Assembly: GCA_051294375.1 (NCBI GenBank)
Contig: CM119271.1
Span: forward strand, 7,364,804-7,428,803
Origin: Paraspadella gotoi
Lineage: Eukaryota > Animalia > Chaetognatha
Direction of reading: 5' to 3'
Length of the DNA stretch: 64,000 nucleotides
Part shown: positions 10,773-22,913 of the stretch, in pieces
Position numbering within the stretch: position 1 is the first letter of the stretch
How the letters are laid out: each line of letters opens with the position of its first letter
Notes under the pieces: generated by a model
Seen by the model: only the letters and a program-made list of their open reading frames with translations
What the model was told of the DNA's origin: nothing
Database searches by the model: none
Position numbers and translations under genes: made by a program

Positions 10773-10890
10773 AATTGGTCAACTTGCATAATTTGGTCAA
10801 CTGACATAATTTGGTCAACTGACATAATTTGGTTAACTGACATAATTTGATCTACTGACATAATTTGGTCAACTGACATAATTTGATCAA
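10773..10890 (+). repeat. 18-bp minisatellite (TTGGTCAACTGACATAAT) x ~6
   Basis: Direct tandem units. They give the spurious MSVDQI repeat ORF. Confidence 0.9.
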
Positions 10891-11229
10891 TTAAGATTTA
10901 ATCCTTCGAGTCAGACGGACATTAATATTGGATCAACTGCAAAAGTATTTATCAACATTGGCCCTAATTTGGTTCAAACTCCGGCATAATTGCGCTTCAT
11001 AACTGGCAGTTTTAATATTGCGTGCTACTTTCAAGAAATTTGGATTCAATCTCGGCCAATATTTTTGCAATTGGCATTAATTTTGTTTCCAATCAATCAA
11101 TCAAAATAAATCAAATTCAAATCCATCAATCAATCAATATAGAGACGAGATAAGAGAGAAGAGAACCTTTAAATAAATTCAAAGTAAATGTGATCTTTTG
11201 GTTTTTCTATATCTTGCAACTCTATATTC

Positions 11230-12008
11230 CAACTCCTACCGATTCCATCAAAAAAATTTACTATCCACGCTCTTATCACACATTTACTTTCCTATACCCA
11301 CACACGAAAATTCAATTACGTGTATCTCATCCAACCTTATTATTACAAATAACATAAAAATTATGACTAAATTTACAGTAAAAAATACTTCAAGTAATTG
11401 ACTTTTGTTACTTTTCCATTTTAACTCATTTCCACTCGCACACGATTCATCGAAACTCATATTCCAGCTCAGATCACACACTTTCCTACCATCATAAACA
11501 AATTTCAATTCAATTTCCCTATTCCAACTCCATGAGCACGATTGGCGTTTCACATAGTGAAATAGATTTTTTTGTTTTTCCATTTAACCAAATTTCCACA
11601 CTTGCACGATTCCTCGAAACTTCATATATCCATCTCAATCACCACAGTTTTCCTTACCACACACAAAATTTCACTACCCAACTCCAATTCCATCCATATA
11701 CACGAAAGTAATATGGAGTCTTTTTGCGCTATACAGGTGGGCAGGACGTCGACGTACTTTTGCGAGGGGCCAACGATGACAGGTCGCATACGAACGGAAT
11801 ATGAACGGACGACATATACTCACGGACATGCATTTTTTTATCGACATTCGAAATTTATCATAATTCGCATGTCTCCTACACATGATATAAGTGATCGTGC
11901 CCTATAATAATCATGAACGGGGGGCGTACCAACAGACCGACAAAGTGACTATTATAGCGAGCTCGGCCGACTGCATGACAAGAGCAAGATACTCGCGACT
12001 AAAAAAAA
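11230..12008 (-). mobile_element. Diverged HINE/DINE-1-like element with ~150-bp central repeats
   Basis: Minus strand begins tttttttagtcgcg...ctataatagtcactttgtcggtctgttgg, followed by 2-3 copies of the central repeat seen at 9870-10160. Confidence 0.6.
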
Positions 12009-13467
12009 TGCGGAACGCATTGCGAATAAAAAACATTTTGAAAGAAACAATCATGAAAAAGTTTAATAAGGCAATTATCAATTAGTAATTATCAATTTTG
12101 TGAATTGAAATAAAAATATTTGTAAACGATCGGAACTTAAATGTTTTATTTTCGCACGTCATCTATAAATTAGGCATCATATAATTTTTTGTAGGATGAA
12201 CAACACGACTCTGTACTACAGTCTGTAGATCTGTAATATAGACAGTGAGAGAGTCTTGATTGAAAGATCGAAGGGATCTGGTATGTCATTATGATCTCTT
12301 AAAATTTTAGTATTTTCGAAATGAAATGGATCATCATCATATTATTGACCAAATCCTAATTTAGATTTATAAGTAAAAATAAATATTAAAAAGAAACCTT
12401 GTCAACCGTACTACAATCCGAAGATTTAAGGTTTTTGAATATCTCCTGCACGACTTCTTTATATTACTCGTGTCATTGACCGATATTCAATTAAATCCAT
12501 CTGAGAATCTTTTAAAAACTTTTACATATACTTGTAAGCATAAGCCAAAATAAATGGAGACAGGATTAGATCTCGTGACTTGAGAGGTCGGAGCCTCGAT
12601 TGTTACCATTACGCCGTCGGACGTATATCATAAAGTTCAACATATTTAGTCAATTGATAACAAATTATTAATGTATTGTTCTTTTGTCTCTGTCTCTGCT
12701 TTCTCTCTGAATAAAGCTAAACCCCAAAACGTCGACCTTTTTATTCTAACGATAATAATCGTTTACAAGTGTAATACAAATTACAGAGAATGTAATGTTA
12801 AAATATCCGCTCGGTCAGGCATCCACATACTTATCAATTTTATCAAATCAGGGCCAAATTTTGTCAACGTGTGGGTCAAAAGTTTGATTTGGGAACCATC
12901 CCAATTGAAACTTCAAACATTTCTGAGAAAACTTTTAATGGACCAAAATTTTCTAAAATGGCTAGAAGCACTAGTAATTATTTTTTTAATATTTATTTAT
13001 AGATAGGAAATGTTAAGATTCAGATAGCTTATGAAAAGTTTTCTATTCAAAGTATAATTCATTTTTTCAATATTTTGATGATAAATGGGTCAAAATTGGG
13101 AAAATCCTAAAAAAGTCATCCTCATCATCATCATCCGATAATTTTAATAGTTTTGGCTAATTTTCAATAATAAAACATCAAAATTTTAAAAAGTTGTAAT
13201 TACATTTTTTGCTTAAATTTTTTAGCTCTATCAGAATCAATTAAAAAAAAAATTTAAATATAAAAAAAAAAAATTTTGACATTATATAACAATATAATAT
13301 TTTTAATTAACGAATTACTCATGGTTCGGAACATTTTTTTGCAAAAAAAGATATTTTAATCCAATAACTAATACCAATAATGGATTCGTTTATTGCTGTT
13401 CCCATTAAAATTTAAATTTGGTCGGCTACCGCAGATCAAAGTTCACCCCAAGTTTTTCTTCTCCCAG

Positions 13468-13740
13468 GTTGACTTCGCCATCTGGAAAAAAAAGGTTCCC
13501 CCGTCTTTTACATCGTCTTCAACGTCGGCGACAGCGACATCTTCAGCCGGTTCTCCGTGGAAAGTATTCTCAGAATTTACATCGGGCCGATGTAAATTCA
13601 GCCAATTCAGCATGAAGGGAGAAGAAAGATATGGTATGCATTTCTACGTCGACAAAAATTACGGCGGCTGCGACAAAGATTTCGGTTTTGTGATGGTCTT
13701 TAATAAGCTAATTAACGATTATAAATTAGCTATTTTATGA
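13468..13740 (+). pseudogene. Paralogous exon of the same secreted-protein family, with two frameshifts (pseudogene or homopolymer assembly errors)
   Basis: Acceptor ttcttctcccag|GTT at 13468. It reads VDFAIWKKKVP, then after a shift in a C-run VFYIVFNVGDSDIFSRFSVESILRIYIGP (aligns to VMDISFDGRDSDILSWFSKERILRVYP of the 7535 exon), then after a second shift CKFSQFSMKGEERYGMHFYVDKNYGGCDKDFGFVMV (FSxxG...YGGCxxDxG motif). The 3' end is uncertain. Confidence 0.7.
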
Positions 13741-13907
13741 TTTTAATTAAAAATATTGGTATACGATTGAAGGTTGGATGATTTATTTTCGTACCCGACT
13801 AATTAGGTAAGCAACGAATCATTTTTAGTAGCATGAGCAAGACGACTTTTTAGGTCTGTAACATATTTGTTAGCAAGTTTAGTCCAAATATTGTAAAATG
13901 GTTGCAA

Positions 13908-14003
13908 ATGGTTATAAACGAAATAAATATTACTTTACTCTTCTAAACACGACATTGGTTATAAACGAAATATATGTTACTCTACTCTACTAAACACGAC
14001 ATT
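13908..14003 (+). repeat. Two tandem ~47-bp units
   Basis: tggttataaacgaaata...tactct.ctaaacacgacat occurs twice. Confidence 0.8.
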
Positions 14004-15529
14004 GTCGTGAATCAGCTCGCCTTCTATCATATCGGCCTTTTCACATGTCACCCTCTACCATGTCGCCCTCTACCATGTCCGCCTCTCCCACGTCGGGCAA
14101 GTTGGCTGGGTTGATGGCCGACGTCGTCTCGGATGAGCAATTTTGAACGAGGACAATTTCCGAGCCGAGATTTTCCAAGATTTCAAGGCTCGAGTGGCCA
14201 AAGCAGAGAGGGAATCGTCGTCGTCGTCGTCTTTGTTGTTGTTATTAATCGATCCGAAAGACCCTGATATTCTGTCAGAGTCTTTGCGTTTGTCGTCATT
14301 TTAATCGGGAGAGAAGAGAGAGAGANNNNNNNNNNNNNNNNNNNNNNNNNNNNNNNNNNNNNNNNNNNNNNNNNNNNNNNNNNNNNNNNNNNNNNNNNNN
14401 NNNNNNNNNNNNNNNNNNNNNNNNNNNNNNNNNNNNNNNNNNNNNNNNNNNNNNNNNNNNNNNNNNNNNNNNNNNNCTAGAAAAAAAAACGGGTTCCGGG
14501 TCGGAAGTGTGGAACGCTAAACTGGAGCCATGGAAGAGTGGCGATGATAGAGAGTGATGCAGTTGTGATAGAAGCGTGTTCACACAGTGAGTTGTGACAT
14601 TTCCAGCGAGAATATGATACTGAAGTCTTTTTAAATCAGTTACAAAGTTGTTATTAAGAAATGATGATTAAAAAATGATTAAATTGATGAGCAAGTGATG
14701 ATCAATCAAATGTGACCGAAAAGAGGAGTGAAACAGTGTTCTCTGAAACTCCTCAAAAATAAAAATTGTCACTTCTTATGAGCGAGGTTGAAAGATTATA
14801 TATTTTAGAATAAAGTTTTTTTAAAAATGCTGAAATGAAATAATATATTGTAAAATGAGTTTCGGTTTGAGGTCCGATGGCATGAACGAAGTTGAAAGAA
14901 CGTCTAGAAAATGAAATGAAGTTTGAAGAAGGAGGTGCGAAGGCGTCACATGCCAGTTTCGACACGTCGCCGTAAAACAGAGGACGTTTATTTAAAGCGC
15001 GTGGAGTCGTGGCGAACGCGGGTTTTTTTTTCGCCCCCGCGCTTTCTCGAAATTTATGGCGCGTGATTTCAAAAGTGGCAGGTGGATATGAAAGAGAAAA
15101 AAAAAAAGGGGGGGGGGATGAAGAGATGAACGAGAAGTGTGGCGAATGGCAAAAACTCGGCAGCGAAATAGGGCAAAAATAAAAAGGATGGCAGTTGGGA
15201 AATGGCAGGCGGGGGATGTAGGCGAGAAAGGAAATGGCCGCTGGCGCCGACGAAACCGATGTTCTAAGAGCGAGGCAAAAAAACTCCGGAATAATCGGGA
15301 CGAGAGAGACGGACGACGAACGACGACGACGACGACCGAACGACGAACGCAGAAACGACGACGACGAACGAACGAACGAACGACGAAAGACGAATAGAGA
15401 AAGTTTATGAACGTCAGTCTCCTTTACGAAAGAATTACTTCGCAGTATTTTTATTATTGGATGCGGCTTCGTGTACTTATTACCGCGAAAAGCCTGTAAG
15501 TAATGCGGGGGAAAGAGAGAGAGAGAGAG

Positions 15530-15567
<38 letters not shown>

Positions 15568-16180
15568 CGAAGAGAGAGAGAGAAGAGAGACTGATCTTTG
15601 GCCATTTCGAGTGGGGGAGCGTGGCTGGGCGCTTTGCCAGGTGTGGACACTTCAGTACATAATCACGTTTTTTGAAAAAGTGAACTATCAGGATCTCAAG
15701 GGTCAAGTGTCCGCCATGATACCTTTTGCCACAATACGGACCAGCACGTATTTAGGCTGATATTATTAGAATGTTAAATTAAACATGTTACCATAATAAT
15801 CGATGGCCTCTATGTTTACACGTACTGTGATTGTCGTTAATCTCTCTGCTCAGAAAAAACTTACCTTTTCCTCCCTTCAGTAGTATTTTTGTTATTTGTT
15901 ATTCTTGTTTTTTGCTCTTTATATTTTAGATTAATTATGATTACAAATCAGCATAATTGTATGGCGCCCTACGTGTATTCAATATTTTATTTTTCTTCTT
16001 ATTCATTGAAAGTTTTGCTCAGGAGAGAAAATGAAAGTAAAAGAAAGGAATGGACACTGAGGGAGAGGCACGCGGACAGAAGAAAAGAAAGAGAAATGAG
16101 TGAAGTAAGAGAAAGTAGACAAAAATTGAGAGATATAAGAGGAGAGAGAGAGAGAGAGAGAGAAGAGAGAGAGCAGAGAG

Positions 16181-16222
<42 letters not shown>

Positions 16223-17280
16223 TCGCTCTGCTGAAGCGAAGCGTCAATGTCAGATTCAATTGTAATTCAATCGATTCAGACGCCAACAGGGAATTTTGAA
16301 ATGAGTTCAATATTCACTCTCACTCGGCAAAATCCCTTTCACATGCAGAAGCGTGAATCCCTCACGATTTTTGGTGACCATCCTCTCCGCCTCATAATGC
16401 AGTCGAAAAAGAAGCAAAGAAAGAAGGAAGAACTTTTTTTTCAAAATTTCACTTTAAAAACATACGAAGTTTTTTCTTCGGAGGGGACGGGGATTTTTCA
16501 CTCATGACTCCGTTTTCTTGAGGAAAGAATTTAAACTAAGAAAAGAGAGAGAGAGAAGAGAGATGTATGTATGTTATGGAGAGAGAGAGAGAGAGAGAGA
16601 GAGGAGACGAGGGTGATTGCGGTTGCTTTCCTTAGCTTCCGGCATCGAAGCTTTAACCTGAATTTCACCAAGCGGTTCTAAACTATGTGCGTACGAGAGC
16701 TTTAAAACCTGAATTCTTCCCAACGGCAACAAAAGGATTTTTTATTTTATCAAGCAATTTTGATGCCCGAGTTCAAGGCAGAATTTGCCCTGCGGCATAG
16801 AAATCTGGTCATACTGAGGTTTTCAATGTATACATTCCGTTGAAATACCACAAATCAATTTCAATTCTAGGTTCACATTTTGGGGCGGCAGGCGGATTGG
16901 AAATCCTTTTCGAGAATGCCGGACGAATTGGCCATAACTGTTATTTCTAGTGTGTATTAGGTAATCCCAATATCCTTAATACCCCGTCCTAAACTTTTTA
17001 ATGGGACTTTTTTTCACCCTTTGCTTTCCACTTTCGCTTAACGAAACTGAAGAGAAAAAAACTGGTCTATGGGGGTAAAAGACTCGGGTGAATTCCCTGA
17101 ACGACCCTCCACTTTCGTCACACGACCATCCACCGACGCGGACGCTAAGATGCCTTTCGGTTCACGCCTCTCCCCTCTCTTCTCTCTCTCTTCACTTCAC
17201 ACATCTCTTCCTCGTCTTCCCTGTTTTAATTGCTACACGCCATTGGTTCCGCCCAACTCTCACAGTCTCTGCTGCTCGAC

Positions 17281-18588
17281 TTAGTCCCTCTCGGGAATTC
17301 TCCGGAAAACCGAAGCTGATTCATAAAAGAGAAAAAGGGAATCAGTGGAATTTGACTGAAATTTTTCAGTGAATAGCACTGCTGTTTGCGGACAGAGAAG
17401 AAGAGAGATATAGTAGGCATATTTCTGCTTTTAAAAATTTGAACGAGTAACATAATTTAAGTGATTTTATTATTATAAAAACTGCGCTAATATTCCGAAA
17501 TATAAGTTTCAACACGGAGAGGGAGTTTAAACGCAAAGCTGCGCAAGATTCTTGCAATATTTCTGTTCATGTAGCCGGCGGCAGATTCGCACCATCCATC
17601 GGGCTTTCCTGTTGGAGAACAAAGGAAGAATGAACTTTCTTGTACTTTTTTAATTGTGTATTTAATTACAAATCGTTCCTAAACCTAACCACTGTACATT
17701 AAAGCGTAGTAAAAAGGTTTAAATTTAACTTTAATATAATAAAAAAATGCATTATAAATTTTTGCAATTTACGCGTAGGCTATATTTTAATAGTACTACC
17801 CTTATAAATGTTAAAATTTCCAAAAATGGTTTTTTTATCAAGTTTTTTTTTTCACAGATTTCGATCGTCATAAAAAAGATAATAACTCTTTTTTAAAAAA
17901 TTCTTACATAAGCTGGTCAAAAATTAGAAAAACTATATTTAAAGCTTGAAAATTAATTTTTTGTTATATTAAATATAGTTTTTTTTTAAATTTTAATCTA
18001 CTTAATGAAATATTTTTTTCCCCAGGAATTCGATCTGCCATCAAAAAATAATAAAAGTCGCATTTTGAAAATTTTAGGATTTCTTCAAGTTAGTACTAAT
18101 GTATAAATAATGGCGAAAAATTAAAAAAATTAAAAAATATTATTTATTTTTATTAAATTAATGTTCACTGGTTGTCTCATGAATTGACAAATGGAATTTT
18201 CATTTTTTTGATTTCACTTCGCTCTAATGTACAATACTTCTCCGTTCTGAATCGACTGTTTTGTACCTGTCCATGCACCAGTCCCGTAGTCCATTGCACA
18301 TCTCCGTCGCAAATGACGCGCACGACATGGGACGATTTCTGCCAGCATCCCGTGCAGCCAGGAGGCTTCTCCTCAAGCGAAATGGGACCAGTTTCCTGCC
18401 GAAGGGAGACGATTAAAAATACTGTAAACATACATTTTAATATAGAAATATATAATATATCACTAACATAACGAATATTATATGATCGGTTGTCACTTTG
18501 GTCGAGCGCAAGCGAGGACGCCGGATCCGCCAAAGCGATGTGCGGCGATGGCACGACGACAGAGCGACGAATTCTTAAGAGCGGCCAT
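17281..18588 (-). pseudogene. Third, divergent paralogue on the minus strand (approximate exons 18588-18473, 18395-18267, 17608-17483, 17381-17281), frameshifted, with one in-frame stop
   Basis: aaaATGGCC start and a signal-peptide-like exon 1 (needs indel correction). Good acceptors cttcggcag, ctccaacag and gtccgcaaacag. Allowing single-base homopolymer indels: AGRIVHVVRVICDG ~ SGRLVNVLKAVTEG; MDYGTGAWTGKP ~ YRFDDKYWNTTKP; GYMNR ~ GWMNR; VETYISEY*RTVLFTEKFQSNSTDSLFLF ~ VRIIIWKYVKNVVMDISFDGRDSDILSWF. Confidence 0.6.
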
Positions 18589-18809
18589 TTTGGTTTAGAG
18601 TCTGAGGTCTTTTCTAGTGGAGGTGGGGGGGGGAGTGGAGGGATGGAGCGATAACGAACACTTTTATTATCATCCAGTAATCAGACATGTACACCAATGA
18701 AACAAAGAAATATTATTACTATTGTTATTTAATAAATATATATGTTAATTAAAAAAGGTCGGTAACGAGACAGGATAAAACTCCGGCGATCCAATGACTA
18801 ATGTGGAGT

Positions 18810-19093
18810 TGTAGTCGGGCATTGCCTAGGTTCACCCCGCTAATAAGATAAACTTCAGACCTGACACGGTGCTCATTGATTAAAGCCATCCGCTCATAGA
18901 CCACTAGGTACCGGTTCAATCCAACCTGGTACAAACCCTGCGGGAAGCCTGAGGACGGCCCTGAGAAGCCAGCCTTGGGGGCGGTGCCACCCCTCAAGCC
19001 TGGTTCCAAGCCCAGGACCCGTTCATACTAGTATAGGGGGTTATAAGAGAGGTGGTTACGGATAGTCATCTTCAGCCCACTTAGCGCATTACA
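18810..19093 (+). mobile_element. Solo copy of the same LTR-like unit (TGTA...TACA)
   Basis: Colinear with 3797-4078 throughout (tgtagtcgggcattgcctaggttcacccc...ggttcaatcc...cccctcaagcctggttccaagcccaggacccgtt...cttcagcccacttagcgc). No convincing TSD. Confidence 0.8.
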
Positions 19094-21521
19094 CAGGTAC
19101 ACACGCGTTGAGGGAATTTTTCCTTCCAATGAGAAAAAATTTTTTAACGCCCAACTGCGCGTTACTGCAACAAGTCGCCCGGTGAAAAAACGCTGCCATT
19201 TGCAAACCAGTGGTTGTTTCCATTGATTTCAAAAAGTTAGTTAAATAGGAAATACTAAATTCAGTATGTGTTCAAATTTTTATATTGATGCAGTTAAGAT
19301 AGGCTTTGACAATGAGTGGAGAAAGTTGGCTTTTTAGAAATGGGGTTGGCATTTTTCCAACTAACTAATTTAATTTTTTTTTTAACTTTAACACTTTGAT
19401 AAAGTATTTAATTAAGAATATTAATCAATATTAATAAGCTCTGAAAGCCCTTAAATATATGAGGAATGACACACTTACGAAAAAAGCTGTTACATAAAAA
19501 AAACAAGCTGCCATTGGCCAGCCTTGGATTCAATTAAGAAAGTTAAAAGTGAATTATCTAAAATTTTCAAATGTTTTTTAAAAATATGTTTACAATTATT
19601 ATATATAACATATAAGTAATCAATAAAAGAGCCTAGAATAAAAGAATTAAGAGACTATTCAATAAATCTTCCAGCTATCATTGCTAAAGGCATATAAAGT
19701 CGATGATATGAAATTTGCATAGCATAAATAGGTTTTGGTTTGTTGATCTTTAAATTCATATTTAAGTAAGCATTTTGATGTAAGTTCATCGTTGACATCG
19801 TTGACAAAGTGATGTTTTTCCTTTATCAAAATTTCTGCCTGAAAAACCTCCATTATGAAATTAAAACCTCTTTCGGGAACTTCCTTCAGCTTCGCGATGA
19901 AATAAAAAATGAAGATTTCGCTTTGTCATAATATATTTAAGTACGTAAAATTATCTAACAATAAGATTGGATTCGTTGGTGTCTTGTCGAAGCCCAATTC
20001 CTTCTTAATTTTTAAACATCTCGGAAAATTCGAAATTCGTTCTCGAAAAGCAATTAGCAACGCTTTACACTGCCAAACGCCACCATTTTAAAACGTACCT
20101 TTCCGCGAAAACGAAGCCGAGGATAAACAGACAAGATCGAATCCAGTTTCCGGTTTCATTTCGAACGCTGAATTTAAGCCTCTCGGTGAATTAAATGCAC
20201 TAGCAAGATACAGCAAATTTACAGTATCGTGAATTGTGTTCTATAGTCCAGCTGGACCTCTATGAAATTTTTTTTTAATCTGAAAAAACTTATATTTTAT
20301 TAATTTTATTTATATAATATTATAATACAATTTTTTTCAAATTTGTGTGACCTGCTTTCTTTTCGTTGCGTTTAGGAAATGTTTGTTTACAGGTTGTTGT
20401 AAATAAGAAATACAAATTTTTCTTCCCATTCAACATGTTTTAAAATCTAATAATTTTTATTTATTCAACTTTTTGAATTATTTTAATACAAAACGGTGCA
20501 AACTTTATAAATAAAAATATAGCGCTCTTAATTAAAAAACCTGTTTTTAGCCAACTGTTGAACAAAAAAAAAAACCAAATAATGACTATTGCGCTCTTGT
20601 CATGACAAGATTGAAAAGGTGAGAGGCATCATCTGGCATTTTTCCATTGATTAATCAATTAAATTGAAGCAAATGAAAAAAGCGAAATCGTTTGATTGTT
20701 CAATGAATTCTTTTCCAAACTTAGATAAGAACGGATTTCAGTAACAATCGATTTAAGAAGGTGAAAGACCTCAATTTAGTGAACAGTAATCATTTAATCA
20801 AATAACTTAAAAGATCTTATTATGACTATTAAGAATGCATCATAATGTCTAGAAAAATCATAGCTTAACTTTATTATCCATTCGACATCCTCGCCGTAGG
20901 ATGTCCGCTTCGCACGAAAGAAAAGACTATCATTGTTTATTCTTCGCGATTCCGTCAAAAAGCTGAAGGTAAACAGTGATAGCCTCATATTTTCTTTTCT
21001 TTTTGCCAATCGGAAAACCGATCTTTCCTCTTCCCTCTTCTCTCGTTCCTCTCTCTCTCTCCTCTCGCTCTCCTCTCCTCTCTCNNNNNNNNNNNNNNNN
21101 NNNNNNNNNTTAGTCTTCCAGCCCTCTTCCTCTCCCCTATTCTTCCTCCTCTTTCCTCCCTCTCTTCCTCACTTCCCCCTCTTTCTCCTTCTCCCCTCTC
21201 TTCCTTTCCCTTCTNNNNNNNNNNNNNNNNNNNNNNNNNNNNNNNNNNNNNNNNNNNNNNNNNNNNNNNNNNNNNNNNNNNNNNNNNNNNNNNNNNNNNN
21301 NNNNNNNNNNNNNNNNNNNNNNNNNNNNNNNNNNNNNNNNNNNNNNNNNNNNNNNNNNNNNNNNNNNNNNNNNNNNNNNNNNNNNNNNNNNNNNNNNNNN
21401 NNNNNNNNNNNNNNNNNNNNNNNNNNNNNNNNNNNNNNNNNNNNNNNNNNNNNNNNNNNNNNNNNNNNNNNNNNNNCCTCCCTCTTTCTCAATATTCATT
21501 TGTTCGCGTCTTGTTTGCGTC

Positions 21522-21541
21522 GTCACGTGACGTCACGTGAC
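21522..21541. promoter_or_regulatory. Perfect 20-bp palindrome: two abutting GTCACGTGAC (CLEAR/E-box) sites whose junction forms a TGACGTCA CRE
   Basis: GTCACGTGACGTCACGTGAC in a CpG-rich patch. Motif match only. Confidence 0.4.
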
Positions 21542-22850
21542 CGCGCCGAGAGACGTCAACTCCGCGTCAACGTCCGTCGTCCTTTCGAATCTCTCTCGCA
21601 GAGGTCGTTGGCGGACGAGGATCGCCCCATGGAATCGGACCCCCTAATGGGTCGAGGGATTTTTTTCTTCCGGTTGAAAATTTTGAACGGAAGATTATAG
21701 TAAAAACACAATATTAGATTGATGAAAAGATAAACAAACAATAAACAAGCAAACTAAACTAAACTTAGCTTTTGAGGGTTTTTTTTTCGTTTTGACTTAA
21801 TAAACAAAGAAGCTCGCTCGATTTGCGATGGAGCTACATGGGATTAAGAAATTATAATTTTATTTATATTTATAAATGTTCGCACATGCCGAACGAAAAT
21901 ATGCATTTAAGACGAATCCTATAATCGTCAACGACTCAACGTTGTCGCTGATAAGGCGTCGATCCCGAAGACTAACAAAACATATTTTTTTCCAACCAAA
22001 TGACAATGAAATAAACGATAACAAAAAAGTTAACAATTCTTTTTTTTTTCGCTCCAAACTTAAAAACTTCGCTCGAAGTCTAACGAGTCGAAGCCATGAC
22101 GTCGATCAAGATTTAAAAAAAAAAAAACTAAGTTGTCAATTTAAGCAAGTTTATAGTTAAATCTCTTTTTATATATAAAGTTTTACATGAAATTTTATTG
22201 TGAATAGCGCGTTAACGAATGTTTTTCTTTTTTTTCAACACTTCTGTTACCTCTGATCCGTCGATGATCTTTTGTTCGAAAAAAAACCTGCGCCCATAGA
22301 GGTAACTCTCGTTTATTTATTATTTTTAAATATTTTATTATTTATTAAAATCACTTTTTTAGTATCGTGCTATTAAGTTCTTTTAATATTTTAAAGAGGC
22401 GACAACTCGACTCCCACGTTTTCTTTTTGTTCACCTGTCAACTGACTTCTTCTCACTTCTGTCAATCACCCGCCAACTCTAACTGTCTCTCTCTCCATCG
22501 TTCTCTTTGTCTGTCAGTCTTGTTCTCTCTTTCAACGACTATCGTGCAAATTTTATAAACACCTGTTGCATCTGGTTGCGTTTAAATTTTGTCCGTCATA
22601 AAATTTATGAAACTAAATAAACTGAATTAAAAAAAAACTTTCGTGTTTTTGTTGTTGTTGTTGTACTTGTTGCTTTAGTAGTTTTTGTTTTTGTCGCTGT
22701 ACTTCTTGTTGTTAGTTTGTTTTCGCGTGTGTGTTTTCTGTTTCGTCCATTAAAACTCGATTTGAGCCGTCTTTGTCGTCGTCGTTATCGTCTTCATTTG
22801 GTAACTCACCCCCGCAATGACGACGACGACGTCTACGGCGACGACGACGA

Positions 22851-22913
<63 letters not shown>

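Noticed and set aside
10773-10890. CRISPR-like array
   Set aside because: Contiguous 18-bp units without unique spacers, in a eukaryotic context with no cas genes.
15640-15750. Apparent exon (ttgccag|GTGTGG...)
   Set aside because: The translation is unrecognisable, and the opposite strand resembles the HINE internal motif (ccacacctggcaaagcgcc).
17483-17570. ARILRSFAFKLPLRV resembling the C-terminus of ribosomal protein uL16
   Set aside because: Flanking sequence lacks uL16 motifs and aligns better with the local secreted-protein family.
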